Shown here: positions 20,081 through 30,237 of the stretch, piece by piece
How the letters are laid out: each line of letters opens with the position of its first letter
Position numbering within the stretch: the first letter of the stretch is position 1
Notes under the pieces: generated by a model
The model's database searches: none
What the model was told of the DNA's origin: nothing
Seen by the model: only the letters and a program-made list of their open reading frames with translations
Position numbers and translations under genes: made by a program
Source of the DNA: an uncultured Actinomycetota bacterium
Lineage (GTDB): Bacteria > Actinomycetota > Humimicrobiia > Humimicrobiales > Humimicrobiaceae
Assembly: GCA_964387355.1 (NCBI GenBank)
Contig: CAYLWJ010000107.1
Span: 1,669-65,668, forward strand
Reading direction: 5' to 3'
Length of the DNA: 64,000 bases

Positions 20081-20395
20081 TTACTTTACAACAATTTTAT
20101 CTAGATGAAGCAGTGTTAAAGGCATCCTGTAGCCAACTTTTCTCCTATACCTTTTTTTTGGCTTATATTTAAAAGCAATAACCTTATCACCTTTAAACTG
20201 TTTTTTTATTGTTGCTTCAACAACTACTTTTTCAAGCAAGGGACTTCCAACTTCGACTTTTTCACCATCACTAAAAAGAACAACTTCAGAAAATTGAATT
20301 TTATCTCCTTCTTTTCCCTCTATTGCCTCAATTACAATATTTTCATTTTCTTTAACTTTATATTGTTTTCCACCACTAGTAATTACAGCGTAAAT
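20081..20395 (-). CDS. rplU: 50S ribosomal protein L21; apparent ATT initiation codon at 20395-20393
   Basis: Manual translation: (I)YAVITSGGKQYKVKENENIVIEAIEGKEGDKIQFSEVVLFSDGEKVEVGSPLLEKVVVEATIKKQFKGDKVIAFKYKPKKRYRRKVGYRMPLTLLHLDKIVVK. An in-frame TAA lies immediately upstream of AGGAGGCCCAAAATT. There is no ATG/GTG/TTG in frame. Confidence 0.8.
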   Translation of the reverse strand: MYAVITSGGKQYKVKENENIVIEAIEGKEGDKIQFSEVVLFSDGEKVEVGSPLLEKVVVEATIKKQFKGDKVIAFKYKPKKRYRRKVGYRMPLTLLHLDKIVVK

Positions 20396-20672
20396 TTTGG
20401 GCCTCCTTTATAAATTTATCTAAATCTCTATATTTATTATCTTTATTTATTATCTTTATTATCCAAATATCTATATTTATTATCCAAATATATATGTTAA
20501 GCTTGAAATTTAGATTTAAACTCTTAATTATTCCATTGACAAATTATTACTTTTAAATTGCAAATGTGTAATTTATCACACACTTAAAGAAAAAGCAACA
20601 CTTTGTAAACTACAAGTTTTTAAAAAAATTAATATTTTCATATATTTTCACAATAAATACTTAAAAACTATT

Positions 20673-22352
20673 TTATTGCTTTTGCAAAATCCTAGCAACT
20701 GCACTTGTCTTTGCCATTGTAATAATTTCAACTCTTACCCGCTGGCCTAAATATTTTCTGCCGTCCAAAATATGTATTAAATTGCCATTAATCCTAGAAA
20801 TTGCATCAACTCTATTATGAGAATAAGGTTCTTCAATTATTAAATCAATTATATCACCTACTTTAAAAGGCTTTGAAGCTTCAGTTATTTCCTGAATTGA
20901 ACCTTCTGCTTCAACAACAAATGCATCCATAGCAAGACTATCATCACTTTTAATAGCAATAAATTTTTTTGTTGCTGCTTCTAAGTTTTTTAAATTCTTT
21001 CCGCCTTTACCTATAGTTAAAGATGCAACACTCGGATGAAGCCTTATTAAGAAAGCTTTTGAACTAGAGCTTCTTGCTAATTTCTTAATTTTTCTTTCAA
21101 TTTCCAGCCTTATAGTTTCCTCAGATTTCACAAACCCTGAACCGTTACAACATGGGCATGTTTTACATAAAGTCCCAACTATTCCATCAGAGACATTTTT
21201 TCTTGTCATTTCAATAAGACCAAATTTTGAAAAATTTAATACTTCTGTTTTTGTTTTATCTTTCTCTAAGAGCTGTTTAAATCTTGATAGAACTCTTTGC
21301 CTGTCATCTTCACTGCTCATGTCAATAAAATCTATAACTATTATCCCTCCAATATCTCTTAAGCGAAGCTGGGCAGTAATAATTTCTGCTGCTTCTAAAT
21401 TAGTCTTTAAAATAGTTTGTGCAGAAGACCTACCTGAAGTAAATTTTCCAGTATTTACATCTATTGCTGTTAAAGCTTCACCATAATCAATAACAATAAA
21501 ACCTCCAGATTTTAACCAGACCTTCTTTTCAAGTGCGCTATCTATTACTTCATTTACACTAAATTCCTCAAAAAGATCATTTTCACCATGATGAACAATT
21601 ATATTATTGAAGTTCAAGCCGATACTTTTTAAATATCTTAAAATTTCTTTTTTAATATCTTTTTTATCAACATAAATTGCGTCAAAATCCTCAGAAAATA
21701 TATCCCTTAAAAGTCTTATAACAAGCGGCTGCTCTTCATATATCAGCCCAGGTTCTCTTAAAGTTGATGCTTTCTTTTTTACATAATTTAGAATTTTTAA
21801 AAGATTATTTAATTCTTTTTTCAGCTTAGATTTTGAAGCATTTTTAGATGCCGTTCTTGCAATTAACCCACAATCTTTTGGTTTAATTTCCTTTAAAACA
21901 TCTTTAATTGCTTGGCGCTGTTCAGGGTCAATTTTTCTTGAAACACCTATCCCATCATTAAAAGGAGCAAGCACGAGATAACGCCCAGGAATTGAAATAA
22001 ATGTTGTTAACCTTGCACCTTTCCCCTTCATAGGATCTTTAGTTACCTGAACAATAATCATTTGATTAGGTTTTAATATGTGTTGAATTTTTCTTGTTAT
22101 TTCCTCTCTCTCTTCTAATTCATAATCATAAGCAACCTCATTTATATAAAGAAATGCATTTTTTTCTTCACCAATATCAACAAATGCTGCATCAAGGCCT
22201 GAAAGAACATTTTCAATTCTCCCAAGATAAATATTACCTACTAAAGACTTATTCCTTTTTCTATCAAAAAAAAGTTGAGTTACTTGTTTTGATTCCAAAA
22301 TAGCAACTCTAGTCTCATTTTTATCTGAACTGACTAACATTTCTATACTCAA
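20673..22352 (-). CDS. rng: Rne/Rng-family ribonuclease (RNase G-like)
   Basis: S1 domain GNIYLGRIENVLSGLDAAFVDIGEEKNAFLY, an RNase E/G catalytic core, and a Zn-link-like CKTCPCCNGSG. Syntenic position upstream of rplU. Confidence 0.85.
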   Translation of the reverse strand: MSIEMLVSSDKNETRVAILESKQVTQLFFDRKRNKSLVGNIYLGRIENVLSGLDAAFVDIGEEKNAFLYINEVAYDYELEEREEITRKIQHILKPNQMIIVQVTKDPMKGKGARLTTFISIPGRYLVLAPFNDGIGVSRKIDPEQRQAIKDVLKEIKPKDCGLIARTASKNASKSKLKKELNNLLKILNYVKKKASTLREPGLIYEEQPLVIRLLRDIFSEDFDAIYVDKKDIKKEILRYLKSIGLNFNNIIVHHGENDLFEEFSVNEVIDSALEKKVWLKSGGFIVIDYGEALTAIDVNTGKFTSGRSSAQTILKTNLEAAEIITAQLRLRDIGGIIVIDFIDMSSEDDRQRVLSRFKQLLEKDKTKTEVLNFSKFGLIEMTRKNVSDGIVGTLCKTCPCCNGSGFVKSEETIRLEIERKIKKLARSSSSKAFLIRLHPSVASLTIGKGGKNLKNLEAATKKFIAIKSDDSLAMDAFVVEAEGSIQEITEASKPFKVGDIIDLIIEEPYSHNRVDAISRINGNLIHILDGRKYLGQRVRVEIITMAKTSAVARILQKQ

Positions 22353-22386
22353 TTTTTACCTCACAATGTTATAAAAATTTAAAAAA

Positions 22387-25300
22387 TTAAAAACACTCCA
22401 GTGGTGTTAAAAGTTTTCCATTTCTTATAATAAACATCTCAATCTTTTTTACATCAAAAATTTTTAAATTTTTTAAATTTAAAAAATCACTTAATTTCTC
22501 TAAAAATTCCTTTAATTTAAATATTTTATTAGACTTTTTTTTATCTTCATTTTGAATTATTTTTAAAAACCCATAGACTTTTAGACTAGTATCTATTTCA
22601 ATTTTATATATTGACTCTTTAATGTCACTATTATTTTCCAGAAATACAGCAAAAAATTTTTCAAAATCCTCTTTTAAATAATTTTTTAAATCATATTTTA
22701 CAGCATATTTTAAATCATGCTTATTATTATCATTATTATCATTTTCTATATTAATATCATTTATATTTAAAATACCCAAATCATATAATATCAAATCTGC
22801 CTGAGACATTACACTTAAATATTTATTATTACTGCTTTGTTTTACAGCTTTATCAACAATAATTCTATCAGGCAATTTAGAATTTAAGAGGTCTTTAAAT
22901 TCACCAATATCTATATCTTCTTCAAGCTCAATGTCACAATATTCTGCAAAACTTTCAAAACCAAGTGGAATAGGATTAGAAAGAATTATTTTCGGTTTTG
23001 GGTTAAAACCCTTACTGTATTTTAATTTTAAACCTGCCCGTAGTAATGCTTTTATCAAAATGTTTAAAACATCTAAATGCGATAGATATTTAAACTCCTT
23101 CACTTTAAAAAATTTAAATCTTATATAATAACTAGAATAATAATTAGAGTTACCATAACCTAAAATATTATATTTATTATATTGTTTACTATTGTAAGTA
23201 TTATTACTAGTATTATTGCTAGAATGATTGCTAGTATTATCGCAAGTATGATTATTAGTATGATTGTTGGTATTATTGCTAGAATGATTGGTAAAATGAC
23301 TGGTAAAATGATTAGTAAAATGACTGTCAGAGTGATTTTTAAAATGATTGTCAGAGTGGAATTTTTCAGCATTGCTTTTAGTTTCTTTTCTACCTTTAAG
23401 CTTTACGATATTTTTAATAATATCCACTTTCATATCTTCTTTTGTTGCCGCTATATCTGCTGCTGCCTTATTAGTTAAGACTTTATTATTTGCCGCTTTA
23501 TTAGCCAATTCATACTCTTTTAAAAAAAATTCTTTTTTAATTCCAATATCAATTACATCCCAAGGAAGTATCTCATTTAATAAATACTGCCTTTCACTGT
23601 AAAAAAAAGGATCTATTTTTAGTTCTTTAAAACTCTCTGCCCAAAGCTCATAATTAAAAAAATCAGTCCAATTTTCAAATTTTGCACCTTTCTTATGCAG
23701 GATTTCAATAACGTTACATATTTTGTCATCTCCTCGAGAAAGGATACACTCAATATGACTTTTGTAAGGAGATGTCCAGTTAATCTTTACATACTTCTTC
23801 ATTGGTCTGAAATCTTCATTAATTAAAGAATTTATGAGAGAAATTTTTCTTTTTATTCCTTGTATACTATCTTGACTTACCCATTGAAAAGGAGTAAAAG
23901 GTTTAGGGCAAAAAGCATTAATACTAACATTTATCTGAATCCTGGAAAATTTTTCTTTTGGTAAAACTTGTTTTGCTAAAGTAATGATTTTATTTAAAAG
24001 AAAGACAATAGACTTAATATCATCTTCTGTCTCTGTAGGAAGGCCAATCATAAAATATAGTTTTATTTTTGTCCATCCTTTCAAAAAAGCAAGCTTAATG
24101 CTTCCAAGCAGGTCTTCTTCATGTAAATCTTTTTTAATAACCTCTCTTAATCTCTGACTTCCTGCTTCTGGCGCAAAAGTTAATCCTGTTTTTCTTCCAG
24201 AAATTAGTTTTTCAATAATTTCTATATTAAGACTATCGAGCCTTATTGAAGGAAGTGATACCGAAATTTTTCTAAATTCTGGCTGTGAAGTGATTGAAAT
24301 TATTAAATCTGCAAGACTCTTATAATCAGTCGAAGATAGTGATGTAAATGAAATTTCATCATATCCAGTATTTCTTAGTCCGCTTACACTCTGTAAAATT
24401 AAATTATCAATCTTTTTTTGCCTAACTGGTCTGTAAAGAAATCCAGCCTGGCAAAACCTGCATCCCCTAAAACAACCCCGCATTATTTCAACATTTAACC
24501 TGTCATGAATTGTTTTTATGTTTGGAACTACAATATCGGTAAGATTTTGAAAACTATCTAAATTTTTTAACACTGCTTTTTTTACTGGAATTTGTTTAGC
24601 ATCTTTTTGACATACTTTAAATTCTTTTATTGTGGAATCAAAGTTATAAATTGTTTTGTAATATGCTGGAACAAAAACACCATCAATTAAGCTAATTTTT
24701 TTTAAAATGTAATTTTTTTTATTTTTTGAAATTCCACTAAAATCAAAAGTCTTTCTCTTTTTTCCTTTAGACAGAATAAAATCAGATAAAATTAATTTAA
24801 ATTCCTTAATTTCTTTTAATATAGAAATAATTACCTCTTCGCCATCACCAATTACAAAAAAATCCATAAATTTTGACATAGGCCATGGATTTACACAGCT
24901 TGCTCCTCCAGAACATATAAGGGGAAAAATGCTGTTTCTTTTAGATGAACTGGTTTCAATTTCTGAAAGGTTTAATATGTTTAATATATTTGTGTACAGC
25001 ATTTCATGTGCAGCATTAAAACCAATTAAGTCAAAGCAATCTAAAAAAATCCGATTTTCTAAAGAAAAAAGTTTTATCTTTTCTTTTCTTAAGTTATTTT
25101 CAAAGTCAATCCATGGAGAAAAAACTCTTTCTGCTGAAAAGTCAGGATTTCTGTTTATTACATCATATAAAATTTGAATTCCAAGGTTAGACATTCCTAC
25201 TTCATAAATATCAGGAAAAACAAGTGCTGCAATAACAGGTGCTTTAAGACTTGATAAAAACTCTAAGCTTTTACTTTTAATACCATATTCATGTCCTATG

Positions 25301-25416
25301 TACCTGCCAGGTTTTTCAACACCTACAAGTAATTTTTCTAACTTTGAAAATGACAACGTTTTAATATAATTCAAATTATTATTCAAATTAATATTCAAAT
25401 TAATCAAATTCTTCAT
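22387..25416 (-). CDS. B12-binding-domain radical SAM protein (TIGR03960-like) fused in one ORF to a DUF2344/TIGR03936-like C-terminal module via a His/Asn/Thr-rich linker
   Basis: Radical SAM CFRGCRFCQAGF (Cx3Cx2C). The C-terminal ~300 aa resemble the separate DUF2344 protein usually encoded next to it. Linker HFTNHFTSHFTNHSSNNTNNHTNNH... Confidence 0.75.
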   Translation of the reverse strand: MKNLINLNINLNNNLNYIKTLSFSKLEKLLVGVEKPGRYIGHEYGIKSKSLEFLSSLKAPVIAALVFPDIYEVGMSNLGIQILYDVINRNPDFSAERVFSPWIDFENNLRKEKIKLFSLENRIFLDCFDLIGFNAAHEMLYTNILNILNLSEIETSSSKRNSIFPLICSGGASCVNPWPMSKFMDFFVIGDGEEVIISILKEIKEFKLILSDFILSKGKKRKTFDFSGISKNKKNYILKKISLIDGVFVPAYYKTIYNFDSTIKEFKVCQKDAKQIPVKKAVLKNLDSFQNLTDIVVPNIKTIHDRLNVEIMRGCFRGCRFCQAGFLYRPVRQKKIDNLILQSVSGLRNTGYDEISFTSLSSTDYKSLADLIISITSQPEFRKISVSLPSIRLDSLNIEIIEKLISGRKTGLTFAPEAGSQRLREVIKKDLHEEDLLGSIKLAFLKGWTKIKLYFMIGLPTETEDDIKSIVFLLNKIITLAKQVLPKEKFSRIQINVSINAFCPKPFTPFQWVSQDSIQGIKRKISLINSLINEDFRPMKKYVKINWTSPYKSHIECILSRGDDKICNVIEILHKKGAKFENWTDFFNYELWAESFKELKIDPFFYSERQYLLNEILPWDVIDIGIKKEFFLKEYELANKAANNKVLTNKAAADIAATKEDMKVDIIKNIVKLKGRKETKSNAEKFHSDNHFKNHSDSHFTNHFTSHFTNHSSNNTNNHTNNHTCDNTSNHSSNNTSNNTYNSKQYNKYNILGYGNSNYYSSYYIRFKFFKVKEFKYLSHLDVLNILIKALLRAGLKLKYSKGFNPKPKIILSNPIPLGFESFAEYCDIELEEDIDIGEFKDLLNSKLPDRIIVDKAVKQSSNNKYLSVMSQADLILYDLGILNINDINIENDNNDNNKHDLKYAVKYDLKNYLKEDFEKFFAVFLENNSDIKESIYKIEIDTSLKVYGFLKIIQNEDKKKSNKIFKLKEFLEKLSDFLNLKNLKIFDVKKIEMFIIRNGKLLTPLECF

Positions 25417-26662
25417 AAGCTATCTCATAATCTTTTCTTAATTCTCTTCTTAAGTAAACATTTTCTACAAAAGCAATTCCAATAAAAATAGCTAATAAAT
25501 TTGAGCCCCCATAGCTTAAAAAAGGAAGAGGTATCCCAATTATAGGCATGATACCCATAGTCATGCCTATGTTAATTAAAACTTGAGAAAGAAGTATAAA
25601 TCCTATCCCGCTTGCAATTAAAGTTCCAAGGCTGTTACCTGCACGGTTAGCTATAAAAAAACATCGCCAAATTATAAAGCCTAAAATCAAAATAATTGCA
25701 ACAGCCCCAAAAAACCCTATTTCTTCGCCAATTACTGAGAAAATAAAATCTGTATGATGTTCAGGAACATAGTTTAAATTTGTTTGTTTTCCTAAAAACA
25801 AGCCTTTTCCCCAAAGACCGCCTGAGCCTATTGCAAGTTTAGATTGAAATAAATTATAACCAATACCTTGCTTATCAGCTTCTGGCTTTAAAAAAACAAG
25901 TATCCTGTCAAGCTGATATTGTTTAATTATTTCAAGTTTTACTGCACCGATAATACCACCAATTGATAAGGCCAGAAGGCCAAAAAAATAAAGTAGGTTT
26001 GCACCAGATATAAAAAGCATTCCTAAATAGGTAGTAAAAAAAATAAGAGCTGTGCCATAATCAGGCTCAAGAATTACAAGTACAATAAAAATTAATGTAA
26101 TAACAAATGAAATTGCTACTTTTTTAAATCCAACTAAATTTGTTTTTTCACGCGGCCATTTAGATAAGACAGCAGCGTTAATAAGAACCATAAAAATTCT
26201 AGCAAATTCAGAAGGTTGAGCAGAAGTAAATTTAAGATCAATCCAGCTTTTTGAACCGTGAACTTCATAACCAAAGAAAAGAACACTTATAAGTATAATT
26301 ATTGATATTATAAATAAAGCCCACCAATACTTTGAAAGAAACCTATAATTTAAAAACTGAATAGCTGCTAATACAACTACAGCTATAGCTAAAGCAAAAC
26401 CCTGTTTTTTTAAATAAAACATTGGGTCTGTTACATTATTTGGAAGGCTATACTTAGTAGCACTGTAAATTATCAATACACCAAACCCTGAAACAAGCAA
26501 GACTGCTGCTAAAAGCAAAAAGTCAAAATAAAGAATTCTTTTTTTAGGCTTTTCATCTTCAGCCAGCAACGGTTCTTTGAATAAAAAACCATTATTTAGA
26601 TTATTTAATTTTTTTACATTATTTAAATTATTTGATTTGTTTATATTATTTATATTTTTCAT
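25400..26662 (-). CDS. rodA: SEDS-family peptidoglycan glycosyltransferase RodA (FtsW/RodA/SpoVE family)
   Basis: ~10-TM SEDS architecture. Located next to the PBP2 gene, after the mreBCD genes. Has an N-terminal Asn-rich extension. Confidence 0.85.
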   Translation of the reverse strand: MKNINNINKSNNLNNVKKLNNLNNGFLFKEPLLAEDEKPKKRILYFDFLLLAAVLLVSGFGVLIIYSATKYSLPNNVTDPMFYLKKQGFALAIAVVVLAAIQFLNYRFLSKYWWALFIISIIILISVLFFGYEVHGSKSWIDLKFTSAQPSEFARIFMVLINAAVLSKWPREKTNLVGFKKVAISFVITLIFIVLVILEPDYGTALIFFTTYLGMLFISGANLLYFFGLLALSIGGIIGAVKLEIIKQYQLDRILVFLKPEADKQGIGYNLFQSKLAIGSGGLWGKGLFLGKQTNLNYVPEHHTDFIFSVIGEEIGFFGAVAIILILGFIIWRCFFIANRAGNSLGTLIASGIGFILLSQVLINIGMTMGIMPIIGIPLPFLSYGGSNLLAIFIGIAFVENVYLRRELRKDYEIAYEEFD

Positions 26663-26726
26663 TGTTTATATTATTTATATTTTTATTCGTTACTTTATAT
26701 AATTTATATTTTTATCCCTTATGTTC

Positions 26727-26766
26727 CTTTACCTTTTACCTTTACCTTTTACCTTTACCTTTTTCT
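26727..26766. repeat. microsatellite (ACCTTT/ACCTTTT)n in the PBP2-rodA intergenic region
   Basis: cctttaccttttacctttaccttttacctttaccttttt. Confidence 0.5.
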
Positions 26767-26949
26767 TTTATCTTATATCTCTTATTTTTTATTTTTTTTA
26801 TCTTTATTTTTATCTTCATATTTAGTTTTACTTTTGTTTTTTACTTTTATATTTATCTTTAAAATTATTTATTACCCTTAATTATTCTTAAAATTATTAT
26901 TTTTAATCCTAATCCTGCTTAATCATAATAAAGGATGCTTAAGACACTA

Positions 26950-28827
26950 CTAATGCTGAAAACCTTGCTGTTGTAGCCCAAATAAATACTCCAGAATTTT
27001 TCTTGCCACTGGCGCAGCCGATGCTGAACCTCCACCGGCTTGTTCAAGCATCACTACTATAAGGTATTGAGGATTTTCCACTGGTGCATAGCACACAAAC
27101 CAGGCAAAATCCTGCTTTCCGATAACCTCAGCTGTGCCTGTTTTACCTGCCACAGAAATCTGTTTTAAAGGAAAATCCGCAAACCTTCCTGATGCAGTTC
27201 CCTGCATTACTACCTGCTGTAGCCCTTTTTCAATTATATCGCAGTAATTTTTATTCAAGTCAAGGTTTAAAGTATTGTTTTGTACACTTAAGGCGGAAAT
27301 GTCCCCAACAATATTATCTTCAGAGTCCCTTGTCAACAAACCTAAATGAGGTATATACTTTATGCCTCTATTGATTAGTATTGAGTATGCAAGCGCCATT
27401 TGTAATGGTGAGGTAAGTACATCTCCTTGGCCAATTGCCATATTTACAGTATCACCAGGAAACCAAATGGTTTTTCCAATTTGTCCCTTAAAATATTCTT
27501 TTTTCCAAGCCTTATCAGGAACAATTCCTGGGTCTTCATGAGGCAAATCAACCCCTGTAGGTAGCCCAAAACCAAAAATGTGAGCATATTTTTGCAGCAA
27601 CTCATCAGCATTATTGTTTTTTAAAAATAACTCAAAACCAACCTGATAAAAAAATATATCACAAGAATTTTGAATTGCACCGTAAATATTTAAACTGCCA
27701 TGCCCGCTTTTTGCCCAGCACCATTTTGGAAAATCTCTTCCAAGTCCATACCAAACACCACCACAGCTTATATATCTGTTTGTATTTATTATATTCTCAT
27801 TAAGACCTGCATAAGCTGTAACAATCTTAAAAACTGAACCTGATGGGTAGCCCATTATTGCTCTGTTGTTTAATGGAAATTGATTTTGAGGGTCATTTAA
27901 ATAATTCCAGTCAGAAGTTGAAATACCACCAATAAAAACTGAAGGATCATATGTAGGATAACTAGCCATTGCTAAAATTTCACCATTTTGGGGGTTTAAA
28001 ACAACAACTGCACCACCAGGAACTTTGTAATATTCATCAGATTTTGGGACTTTTTTCTGTTTTATCTCTAAAATTGAATTTGCAAGTATTTCCTCTACTG
28101 CTTTTTGCAAATCTATATCTAAGGTTAAATATAAATCATTTCCAGGAGTGTAAGGTGTGCTTTCAATAACTTGTTTTGGTCTTCCAATTGGATCAACTTC
28201 ATAAACAACTTTACCTTTAATTCCTCTTAAAACATCCTCATATGTATCCTCTATTCCAGTAAGACCAATTTGGTCTCCACCTTCATAACCAACGCTGTAT
28301 CTGTTGCTTTTTAAACGTTGTTCGTCTATTTCACCTGTATAGCCAAGTATATGTGCAGCTACATTCCCATATTCATATTCTCGAAAAAAAATATCTATTA
28401 TTTCCACACCTGCAAGACTTCCTGCATTCTCTTTTAAATAAATTAAAGTATTATAATCTATATTTTTCTTTAATATTACACGATCAATATAAGAAACATT
28501 GCTTTTTTGAAGCTTACTTATTATTTCTTGCTTTGGTATGCCAAGTACTCTACTTAATATACCAATAGTATCTTCATTTTCTAAAACTACTTTTGGCTCA
28601 ACAGCAACTGAAGGCGCAGGTATACTTTTTACAAGAAGCTTGCCGTTTCTGTCATAAATATCACCTCTCTGAGCAGGGATTGTTTTTGTCCTTAAAATAT
28701 TTTCAGAAGCTTGCTTTGCAAATAGCTCACCACTCATTACTTGTAAAAAGTAAAGTCTTCCAACCAACACTATAATAGCAATAAAGACAATATATGATAT
28801 TATCCTAACCCTAATCTTTATAGACAA
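26950..28827 (-). CDS. mrdA: penicillin-binding protein 2 (class B transpeptidase)
   Basis: N-terminal TM segment, SxxK (SVFK) and KTG (AGKTGTAEV) motifs. Position after mreD. Confidence 0.85.
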   Translation of the reverse strand: MSIKIRVRIISYIVFIAIIVLVGRLYFLQVMSGELFAKQASENILRTKTIPAQRGDIYDRNGKLLVKSIPAPSVAVEPKVVLENEDTIGILSRVLGIPKQEIISKLQKSNVSYIDRVILKKNIDYNTLIYLKENAGSLAGVEIIDIFFREYEYGNVAAHILGYTGEIDEQRLKSNRYSVGYEGGDQIGLTGIEDTYEDVLRGIKGKVVYEVDPIGRPKQVIESTPYTPGNDLYLTLDIDLQKAVEEILANSILEIKQKKVPKSDEYYKVPGGAVVVLNPQNGEILAMASYPTYDPSVFIGGISTSDWNYLNDPQNQFPLNNRAIMGYPSGSVFKIVTAYAGLNENIINTNRYISCGGVWYGLGRDFPKWCWAKSGHGSLNIYGAIQNSCDIFFYQVGFELFLKNNNADELLQKYAHIFGFGLPTGVDLPHEDPGIVPDKAWKKEYFKGQIGKTIWFPGDTVNMAIGQGDVLTSPLQMALAYSILINRGIKYIPHLGLLTRDSEDNIVGDISALSVQNNTLNLDLNKNYCDIIEKGLQQVVMQGTASGRFADFPLKQISVAGKTGTAEVIGKQDFAWFVCYAPVENPQYLIVVMLEQAGGGSASAAPVARKILEYLFGLQQQGFQH

Positions 28828-29323
28828 AACCTATTTCCTCCTTTTTAACTGTTCCTGCTTTAATTAATGGAAATACTAAAAACATAATTAAAATATTGCA
28901 AACAGGATTTATAATCATTTCAAGTGCAAGTTTTGCTGAACTTGACTGTAAACTAAACAAATAGTAAATCCCTGAATAAAGTAAAATATCAATTTCAGAA
29001 AAAAAGAATATAAGTATTATATAATTTAAGATTGTTTTCTTTAAACCCAGTTCTTTTATTTTAAAGGTTAAATAGCCTATTAAAGAATAAATAAGAGCAT
29101 TTACACCAACTATTTTTGAAGTAACTAAGTCAAGAAGTAATCCTGCCAAAAATCCATAAAAAATTCCATAAACTCCACCATCAAATAAAGCAACAGCTAT
29201 AACTACAACAAGTATTAAATCAATACTTATAAAAAATATTCTTAAATGTTCAATAAAAGATATTTGTATTATTACGCATATTAAAACAAATAAAAAGTGG
29301 GCAAATTTTAAAAAACTTTTCAT
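28811..29323 (-). CDS. mreD: rod shape-determining protein MreD
   Basis: 170-aa polytopic membrane protein immediately after mreC. Synteny-based call. Confidence 0.6.
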   Translation of the reverse strand: MKSFLKFAHFLFVLICVIIQISFIEHLRIFFISIDLILVVVIAVALFDGGVYGIFYGFLAGLLLDLVTSKIVGVNALIYSLIGYLTFKIKELGLKKTILNYIILIFFFSEIDILLYSGIYYLFSLQSSSAKLALEMIINPVCNILIMFLVFPLIKAGTVKKEEIGFVYKD

Positions 29324-29340
29324 TTTTTCATTTTAAAAAT

Positions 29341-30162
29341 TTATTTCTTTAAACCTTTAATTACTAAAACATACTCGACTTCCTTAAAGTCTGCAAATAA
29401 GTCAACAACAATTTTTTTATAAGGACTTGTTGGAATAATACTAATTTTACTCACTCTTCCAATTAAAATACCTTCTGGTATTAAATCATTTAATCCAGCT
29501 GTAATTAATACATCACCTTTAAATACATCCTCACTTATTTTTATATAATTTAAATAGGCTAATTTATCAATACCGCCTTCAACAACACCAAGTTTTCTTG
29601 ATGAAAGTATCCTTGCCCCAATGCTACTTTGAGGATCAGTTAATAGCCTCACTTGCGAGCTTTTCTCTGCAGAAGCAATTATAATACCAATTAAGCCTTT
29701 TTCGTTTACAACAGCCATACCTTCATAAACTCCACTTGTCTTACCAACATTAATTATAATTTCTGATTGCCATTTTGAATCATAATAACCAATAACTTTA
29801 GCTGGCACTGTATCATAATCTTTTCTTATTTCAAGGCCAATTAATTTTCTTAAAGCATTGTTTTCTATTTTTAAATTTATATTTTCTGCATAATCTTTCA
29901 AAAGACTAGCATTTTCTTTTTCTAATAGTTCTATTTTTTGATTTAAATCAATATAATTTTTAATACTTAAAAAAAACTTTAAAAGAGGGTTAAAAAAACT
30001 ATAAACTTTTTCCTGAATTGGATTTAAAAAATCAAGAGAGACTGTTCTTAAACTTTGAAAAATATTGGACTGCTTAAAACTAATTGTAATAATTATTACA
30101 CATAAAACTACTATTACCAATAAAACTATTAAATTCTTAAAATTTCCATTTTTAAAAGCCAT
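29341..30162 (-). CDS. mreC: rod shape-determining protein MreC
   Basis: N-terminal TM segment, a coiled-coil region, and a C-terminal beta domain with GMAVVNEKGLIGII. Follows mreB. Confidence 0.75.
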   Translation of the reverse strand: MAFKNGNFKNLIVLLVIVVLCVIIITISFKQSNIFQSLRTVSLDFLNPIQEKVYSFFNPLLKFFLSIKNYIDLNQKIELLEKENASLLKDYAENINLKIENNALRKLIGLEIRKDYDTVPAKVIGYYDSKWQSEIIINVGKTSGVYEGMAVVNEKGLIGIIIASAEKSSQVRLLTDPQSSIGARILSSRKLGVVEGGIDKLAYLNYIKISEDVFKGDVLITAGLNDLIPEGILIGRVSKISIIPTSPYKKIVVDLFADFKEVEYVLVIKGLKK

Positions 30163-30237
30163 TTAAATAAAATATTAATAGCTAAAATATATTAAATAGC
30201 TAAATATATATATTACCTTAAATTACTGATTAGAATA

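Noticed and set aside
23160-23478. ORFs of 70 and 98 aa made of ILAIIL / MIASIIARMI repeats
   Set aside because: They lie inside or antisense to the low-complexity His/Asn/Thr linker of the 1009-aa radical SAM fusion gene. They are shadow ORFs created by the repeat.
26632-26862. 76-aa ORF (FIFIFIF...)
   Set aside because: It lies within the PBP2-rodA spacer over the (ACCTTT)n microsatellite and AT-rich repeats, and overlaps the rodA start antisense. Not coding.
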